Of a stretch of 64,000 bases of DNA, positions 58,364 to 64,000 are shown one piece after another. The first letter of the stretch is position 1, and each line of letters begins with the position of its first letter. This DNA is from the human T2T-CHM13v2.0 reference genome, Homo sapiens. The position numbers were made by a program, and so were the translations under genes. The stretch is from assembly GCF_009914755.1 (NCBI RefSeq), contig NC_060926.1; one strand, given 5' to 3'. The notes beneath the pieces were generated by a model. That model saw only the letters and a program-made list of their open reading frames with translations, was not told the origin of the DNA and did not search any database.

Positions 58364-59454
58364 GTAAGCTGATGCTCACTTTTCTGAATAAGATGTGGAA
58401 CAAATGACAAGTTTTCTCTAAAAGGCAGTCCTTTAAGGGAAAGCAATTTGTGAAGACAACATTCTTTGATTGCTTTTTTGCACTTCCATTGAAATAAATC
58501 ATTTGGAAGAATTTAATCACAGGTGTTTTAAAAGTTGAGGAGCCACTGGAGAGAAAAACTCAAAATGTGTTATGGATAGGGCAATATGATTTATTGACCA
58601 TATGGGGGATATTAGTGGTTTTTAAAAAACTAATCTACAGGTCTCCCACTATATCAGAAAAGGACAGTTTTAAAAGTTAAAAAGGTCACTACTAATAAGT
58701 GTGTTGCTACAATAGGTATACATTAGGACCACCTCTAACAAATCAAGATGTTTGATCATTTTAGTGATGAAGGAAAAGGAAAAGGCTAGGGAGTGACATT
58801 CAGAGGCCACAGCAGTTTTATGAATCAGTGCTGTCACTTTTACCTTTTTAGCCAGGTTAGGAGAATTGAGTGACTTACTTTGCTGTATTTTTGGTAAAAT
58901 AGCCAACCAATTATCTTACCCTGTTGGTTTCCTTTATTTTGAATTGTGGGTGTACATTTTTATAGCTGTACTTTAAAAATGTTGTTTTGACTGGAAGCTT
59001 TTGTTAATGTAACAGATTTTTTCCTTTATATCATATAGCAATTTGAAAATACAGTGATCTGAGTTCACCACAACAGCCCTATCCTTAAGTTCATGAACTA
59101 TTCTTTGCTAATTTGCCTTATTGAATACTCAAAGAAACCTGCTTTGCTTCCTTTCGACATTAAAAGATTGATCTAAATTCTAAATCATATACTGCCACTA
59201 CTTGCTTGTAATGCAGAAATCTCATCTTTCTCTTGCTTTTGGCTGTGGCTTTTTCACTTCCAGAATGTGAATTATTTTTTTCCCTGTCACATTTGTCATT
59301 TAATCATAGTAATTATGTAACTCTTGGATTATTTGAGGAATAAATGGGCACATAGTAATAAAATGTTCATTTTTAGAGCTTTTCAGTTTATTTGGAAGTT
59401 GCTATTCAAAAAAAGTCTTAATCTGTTAACCTTTTAACCTTTTAATTTTTGCAG

Positions 59455-59496
59455 TACGAATGTAAAGTTATCGCAGAAAAATCTCATCAGGAATGA
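59455..59496 (+). CDS. INSIG2: INSIG2 exon 6 coding part (C-terminus and stop)
   Basis: Acceptor ttttaatttttgcag|; YECKVIAEKSHQE then TGA. Confidence 0.95.
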   Translation, partial: YECKVIAEKSHQE

Positions 59497-61200
59497 AGAA
59501 GGCAAAAAATATCTTTTGTACAGAAAAGCAAGATGAAAAGGATGTGAAATGGTAGATATACCAACAAAACTTCAGACTGTAAAATTGCCAGGATGCAGTT
59601 TTCCCCTTGATTGGCGTGTGTGTATATATGGATAAATATATATATACACACACACATATTACTGCAATCTGTGATTGCTTCATCTGTAAATCAGTTGTAA
59701 ACCTTTACATATTTGACTTAAATAACTGTAAGATATATATGTACTACATTAAAAAGTGTTGATTAATAGATGAAATTTTTAAATTAATTTTTTAAAACAT
59801 GCCATACATTGTATCACAATGTTAATGTGCCAAGATATTGTTCCTGTCATGCAGAGTATAAGAATGCTTTGAACAATTTGTAGACTTAGTGAAATAAAAT
59901 AAGAGGAAAGCCAAAAACAAACAAACAAAAAGCATATGGGGAGCTGGTATTTTCTCTTTAGCTTACTGTTGTGCCTTTTTATTTTTCTAATCACAGCAGT
60001 ATGAGTTATGAGTGCCCTAATTTGTGGTTAGTTTCTAATTTAATGTTGTTTCATAGAGTTTGGAGTGTTTTGATACAGGGTGAAAATGAACTTCTGGTTT
60101 CAAACCTGCATTACTGGAGACAGCCCAAAGAGTAATTTTCTGTTTTGACAGGTTTTACTGGAAGTATATGTGATGAGCAGAAGAGGTTATCAGCATTAAA
60201 TTGTTTTGGTTCTAAATTTGGAACAGTATATATAATTAAAAGTAAGGAACATTAGAGGATTTAATTAGAATAAATACATGTTTTGGAAATACAGTGACCT
60301 CTTGCAGTGTCACAAAAGTGCAAAGTGATATTAGCTGTCATCTGCAATACAGAATCTCATTGCTTTTGCACATGGAGCATATAGGAAACTCCAAACAGAT
60401 CACAATGAGGTTTCTAAATCTGTTGGGTTCTGTCTTCTATTGGGTTCTGTGAAGCAAACCACTGTAGCTTTAGCTGGGTTCAGTCATATGACTCGTTGGT
60501 GGAATGCCTAGGTTTTTCATCTTACATGCAGTCTTGGGGGTGGATGAATACATAATTTCTTATGTATTCGTGTATCCATTAGTGAATAGTTCAAGTCTGT
60601 TTAAGAGTGTATTGAGATGGCATTCTCTGCATGTTAAAGATCTTAATGGCAACCAGCACCTCTTAAGTATGGTTTAAACATATTCTTAGCTAATTTTTTC
60701 CATTAGTTTTTGAAATTGGTGGCAGTTGTCTGATCCACAAGGGCAAGATCTTCTGAGTACTCTGGGGTGTGAGTATGTGTGCACACGTGTGTGTTGGAGT
60801 GAGTGAGAGAATGTGTCTGTGCATGTGGCCATGCTTTCCTAGAATGTCAAGTAGATATTTTTACACTTTGAGTTTTAAAGCAATTACTATCAGACTGAGA
60901 TCTTGTATGCCAAACTTTAATCTGCTTTTATGTTTTCAGGCTGAAGGTGTGAAAATCCTAAGAGGATTTCATATTGAATATGTGTACACAATCTTAACTA
61001 TCGTGGTGGAAAACATACTACTATAATTTATTATTATATCTTCCAGATAATGTTATTCATTTAGAACAAATAAGGTATATTTTTTAGAATCAACTTTGTA
61101 AGCACTATAAAATCTTTAATAAGTTATAAGGTCTATGATGTGTTTACTTTAAAAATTGCTGTTAAAAGCAACACGTATTAAATATGTAATTATCATCTGG
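59497..61200 (+). other. INSIG2: INSIG2 3'UTR (AU-rich, largely repeat-free)
   Basis: Follows the stop codon. Contains AATAAA at 59893 and 60269 and ATTAAA at 61177. Confidence 0.75.
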
Positions 61201-61230
61201 GTTAAGAGTCTGTTTTTCTTCTTTGTGGTA
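61177..61230 (+). terminator. INSIG2: Probable distal polyadenylation signal ATTAAA with downstream U/GU-rich element
   Basis: ATTAAA at 61177-61182, CA ~12 nt downstream, then tgtttttcttctttgtgg. Transposon sequence begins shortly after. Confidence 0.6.
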
Positions 61231-61318
61231 AGTCTTAGAATATGGTACTGTGGATTAATCTAATGAAATTAACATATGTGGTTGAAGTTACCAAGAAACG
61301 ATGAAAAGAAACTAAATA

Positions 61319-61719
61319 TAGTTGACCCTTGAACAACAGGAGTTAGGGGCACCACTCCCCAACATAGTTGAAAATCCATGTATAACTTTTGACTCCTCCA
61401 AAACTTAACTACTAATAGCCTACTCTTGATGGGAAGCCTTACCAATAAGAAACAGTTGATGAACACATATTGTGTATGGTATATGTATTATATACTGTTT
61501 TCTTACAATAGTGTAAGCTAAGGAAAAGAAAATGTGTTTACTCTTCATTCAGTGGAAGTGGACCATCCTAAAAGTCTTCACTCATGCTATCTTCATGCTG
61601 AGTAGTAGGCTGAGGAGGAGGAGGAGGAGGGGTTGGTCTTGCTGTTGCGGGGGTGGAAGAAGATGTGCATTATTAGTGGGCCCACACAGCTGAAAACCAT
61701 GCTGTTCAAGGGTCAACTG
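61319..61719 (-). mobile_element. Tigger2a/2b (MER28) DNA transposon
   Basis: TIRs agttgacccttgaacaac ... gttcaagggtcaactg; reverse orientation relative to the 24254 copy. Confidence 0.8.
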
Positions 61720-62199
61720 TGTGTGGTATCGGTGAGACTGAATGATTATCGTTGGTGTTCTTAAATTATTTTCAGGTCCTCTAGAAAATAAGATAATTAT
61801 AGCAAAAAATAAAATTGTTTTGAAATTTTGATAAATATATAAATGTATAGAACCTATTTTTTTCAATGAAAGAAAATGGGAAACATTTTTTAACATTGCT
61901 AGATTGGCAGTGCTTTCTTTTATTATTTCAAGTTATGGAAATTTGCACAGTTGAAAACTGGGGATAAATTCTACAAAAGTGCAAGAAAACAATTCAAATT
62001 AGCCAGAGCCCTGCTAAAACTTTTAATGTAAAATTTATTTATTTGCACTGAGCTGTTTTACCTTCTTTAAGGCCATTGGGACCTCTCAATGATGCATATG
62101 TTTCATACATCTTGTATTTTCCAGGTAGAAGTCAGACTTGGTTAATACCAATAAATACTTCTGTAATCCTATTGGCTCACTTACCTTTATAATGAAGTA

Positions 62200-63200
62200 T
62201 ATTCTGTGTAAGGTAATTCTTCCAGTGATGGTCTGAGTAGTAGAGTCTTAGCTTTGTGTGTCTGAAAAGGTCTGTTTCATTCTGAAGAATAATTTAGCAG
62301 GCTGTAGGATTCTATGTTCATAGTTTTTTTCCCTCCCTCAGCACTTTGAAGATTTTTAACTCATTGTCTTCTGTCACCTAATGTTACAGATAAGTCTGCC
62401 ATTACCGTAATTTTCTTTCCTTTGTAGATAATCTATCTTTTCACTCTAGGATATTTGCATGATTTTCTCTCTATCCTCTAACATTTTTCAGCTTCATTAT
62501 GATTTGACTAGTTGTAGATTTGTTATTTTTTTTTTTTTGCTTGGTATTTGGTATGTACTTTCAATCTGTGGGCTCATGTTTTCAATTCTGGAAAATTCTT
62601 AAATGTGCCTGCATATTGGAATCACATGGGGACCTATAGAAAATTCTGGTGTCTGGGTTCCACCCCCAGAGACTCTGATACAATTAGTTTGGGGTATGCC
62701 CTGAGCATTAGGATTTTTAAAAGTTCCCCAGGTGATTCTGATGTGCAACCCAGGTTGCCACTCACTGGTGTAGTTATGCATAAAATAAGGGGTAGCGTCC
62801 AGGTGAGAGAGATGAGATGGGTAGTAACATTGGAAATGAAGAATGAGGGGCACATTTTGGAATAAAATCACCTGAACTTGGTGACTTGGGTGTGAAGGTT
62901 AAAGATGAGGAAAAGTCAATGGTAAGTTCATTTTTTTATCTTGAGAAACTAGATGGATGATATTTCCATAAACCAAAAGAGAATGTAGAGAAGCAGGTGA
63001 AGGGGTAAAGTTAACAAGTTTGGTTTGATATGTTGAGGTTGAGTTATGTAGGGCACATCTGATAAAGGTATCATAAACACTTGGATATTTGAGTCTGGGA
63101 TGTAGGATGTAAATGTGGAGTCATCAGCATGTGACCGTAATAAATGATGCCTTAGGAGTGGATGAAATCACATAGGGAGCATGTTATGGTGAAAAGAGAA
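62200..63200. mobile_element. L1M fragment, MER5-type hAT (~62600-62770) and L2 fragment
   Basis: MER5 ccccagagactctgat...ccccaggtgattctgatgtgca; L2 gtccaggtgagagagatga...ggatatttgagtctgg. Confidence 0.55.
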
Positions 63201-63223
63201 GAACGATCAAGAGTAGGAGGAAA

Positions 63224-63580
<357 letters not shown>

Positions 63581-64000
63581 TCAGGCAGAGTAACTGGTAC
63601 AATGAAGTACAATTGGAAGGATGAATTAATCTTGATGATAAAGGAGAAGGTGTTGTTTTACATTGAAAATGTTTTTCTAACTGCTGTCTCTTAACATATA
63701 AAATATCTCCCTGTATACTAATAAAATAGCTCACAAAATAAAGAAAAGCCTGATTATATACTGAGTCTTTTATTGGGAGTGAGGGGATCTGGGGCAACTA
63801 GGGAACTTTGAAAGAATGATGGATGTTTGGACAATATCTATGAAGAATGGACATAGTAACTGACTAAAGATGAAGAAAGACTTGCCAGACAGTTTTGAGG
63901 CCATCAAGGATCCATGTGAGGATAGAGGTCAGATATTTGCAGTAGAGCCAATTGACATTGTTAACGCCATGTCTTAGTGGGCTCAGCAGCCCAGGAGTGT

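Noticed and set aside
59420-59454. Second U12 intron suggested by CCTTTTAAC repeats before exon 6
   Set aside because: The donor is GTAAGC (U2-type) and a normal pyrimidine tract is present.

Overview
Primate (almost certainly human, chr2q14) genomic DNA containing the complete INSIG2 gene on the + strand. It has a CpG-island promoter and non-coding exon 1 (~39.7 kb), five coding exons (47729-59496) that splice to the 225-aa INSIG2 protein, and a ~1.7 kb 3'UTR. Intron 3 (54496-57910) is a U12-type minor-spliceosome GT-AG intron. The first ~39 kb is intergenic, with many old interspersed repeats (MIR, L2, L3/CR1, L1, Alu, MER20, MER58, Tigger) and a few repeat-poor blocks that look like enhancers. 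The most unusual structure is a ~1.55 kb compound tandem array in intron 1 (44045-45602). It has 22 copies of a 39-bp double-hairpin core separated by variable (GAT)n/(GAG)m microsatellite spacers, arranged in five higher-order cycles. It resembles CRISPR in layout but is not CRISPR. Repeat family names are by eye from consensus recall, and their boundaries are approximate.
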